DNA from: Octopus bimaculoides
Lineage: Eukaryota
Direction of reading: 5' to 3'
DNA length: 64,000 nucleotides
Assembly: GCF_001194135.2 (NCBI RefSeq)
Contig: NC_068986.1
Coordinates: forward strand, 30,869,068-30,933,067
This document shows, piece by piece, positions 63,228-64,000 of this stretch; the first letter of the stretch is position 1; the number at the start of each line of letters is the position of its first letter. Made by a program: the position numbers and the translations under genes. Under the pieces are notes generated by a model. It made no database searches and had not been told where the DNA came from. It saw only the letters and a program-made list of their open reading frames with translations.

Positions 63228-64000
63228 TCGATACACATATACCTATATAGTTGATAATGTTTTGTGAAAACTTTCTTGTAGTTCAACATCTCTACTAATT
63301 ATTAGTTATTTACTGTTGCACCTATTTCCTTCGTTATTTATTTAATTTTTTTTCATGTCTTTTTTTTTTTTTTTTTTTCCTTCTTGAATGAGTATTTAAT
63401 CCTCTTTAGATTTTTTTTTTTTAAATGCTTTGGAAACAGTCCTGCCACCCGCCCCCTTCTCATGAGAATAACTTCCTCTGTGCCTCCTTTTGTTATTTTG
63501 CTCTGATTTGTTTTTGCTTGTCTTGTTAAACACTTTGCATTTTGAGTGTTTACACATTGACTTTGGCACAGCTCCTTCTTGAAGCACTGCAGCCACTCAG
63601 TCAGTTCCACTCGAGTGCTGTCTAACATTATCTTCCTTGGTTTAAAAATTATTTGATCAGTTACTTTAGAATTTTCAAAGACACTGACCTGCTTCATATT
63701 ATTTTTCCTTTTATTTGCAGTAATTTTAGACTATGAAATAGAATATTGTTATTAAGTTTTGTATTTAAAAATGACTTTTCATTAACTAATTAATAAGGAA
63801 ATCTAATAAACTGACCTCAAACTACAATAACTGTTTTAGGAGTCCAGTACGCTGCATATTTTCTTCATTCATGCATAAAAAAACAGAAACTGTTTGATGG
63901 ATCAAATGCTTATTGGAACATAAGCTCGCATACCATCAGATGATCAGAAACTCCTTAGCACAATATAAAACTGATTAAACTGGTCTTTAATATTTGCAAC

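Overview
AT-rich, microsatellite-dense animal genomic DNA with six N gaps. The tRNA-derived SINE families, RTE LINEs and TTAA MITEs suggest an octopus (inference from recalled repeat families). The whole window is the interior of one + strand gene of the Lasp/nebulin family, which the ORF track largely misses because its exons are tiny. I read seven symmetric phase-0 exons of 105/108 nt, each encoding one nebulin repeat (3488, 19893, 20404, 21431, 24170, 26205, 29169), and a 175-nt Lasp-type repeat exon (34442). These are followed by linker exons carrying G-x-I-x-D-Y-D-P motifs (39661, 56228) and a 38-nt exon (61361) that probably precedes the SH3 exon. The LIM and SH3 domains are not in the window. 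Between 39867 and 56228 lies a cluster of candidate frame-preserving microexons (9, 36, 48, 12, 33 and 3 nt). The most interesting picture is a Lasp gene expanded toward a modular mini-nebulin by tandem exon duplication, with splice-regulatory signatures (weak donors, Rbfox TGCATG, STAR-type ACTAAC, TGC before microexons). The introns contain a decayed full-length mariner, several RTE LINE fragments (one with a PHD-like finger inside the RT), SINEs and MITEs. All splicing is predicted from sequence only.
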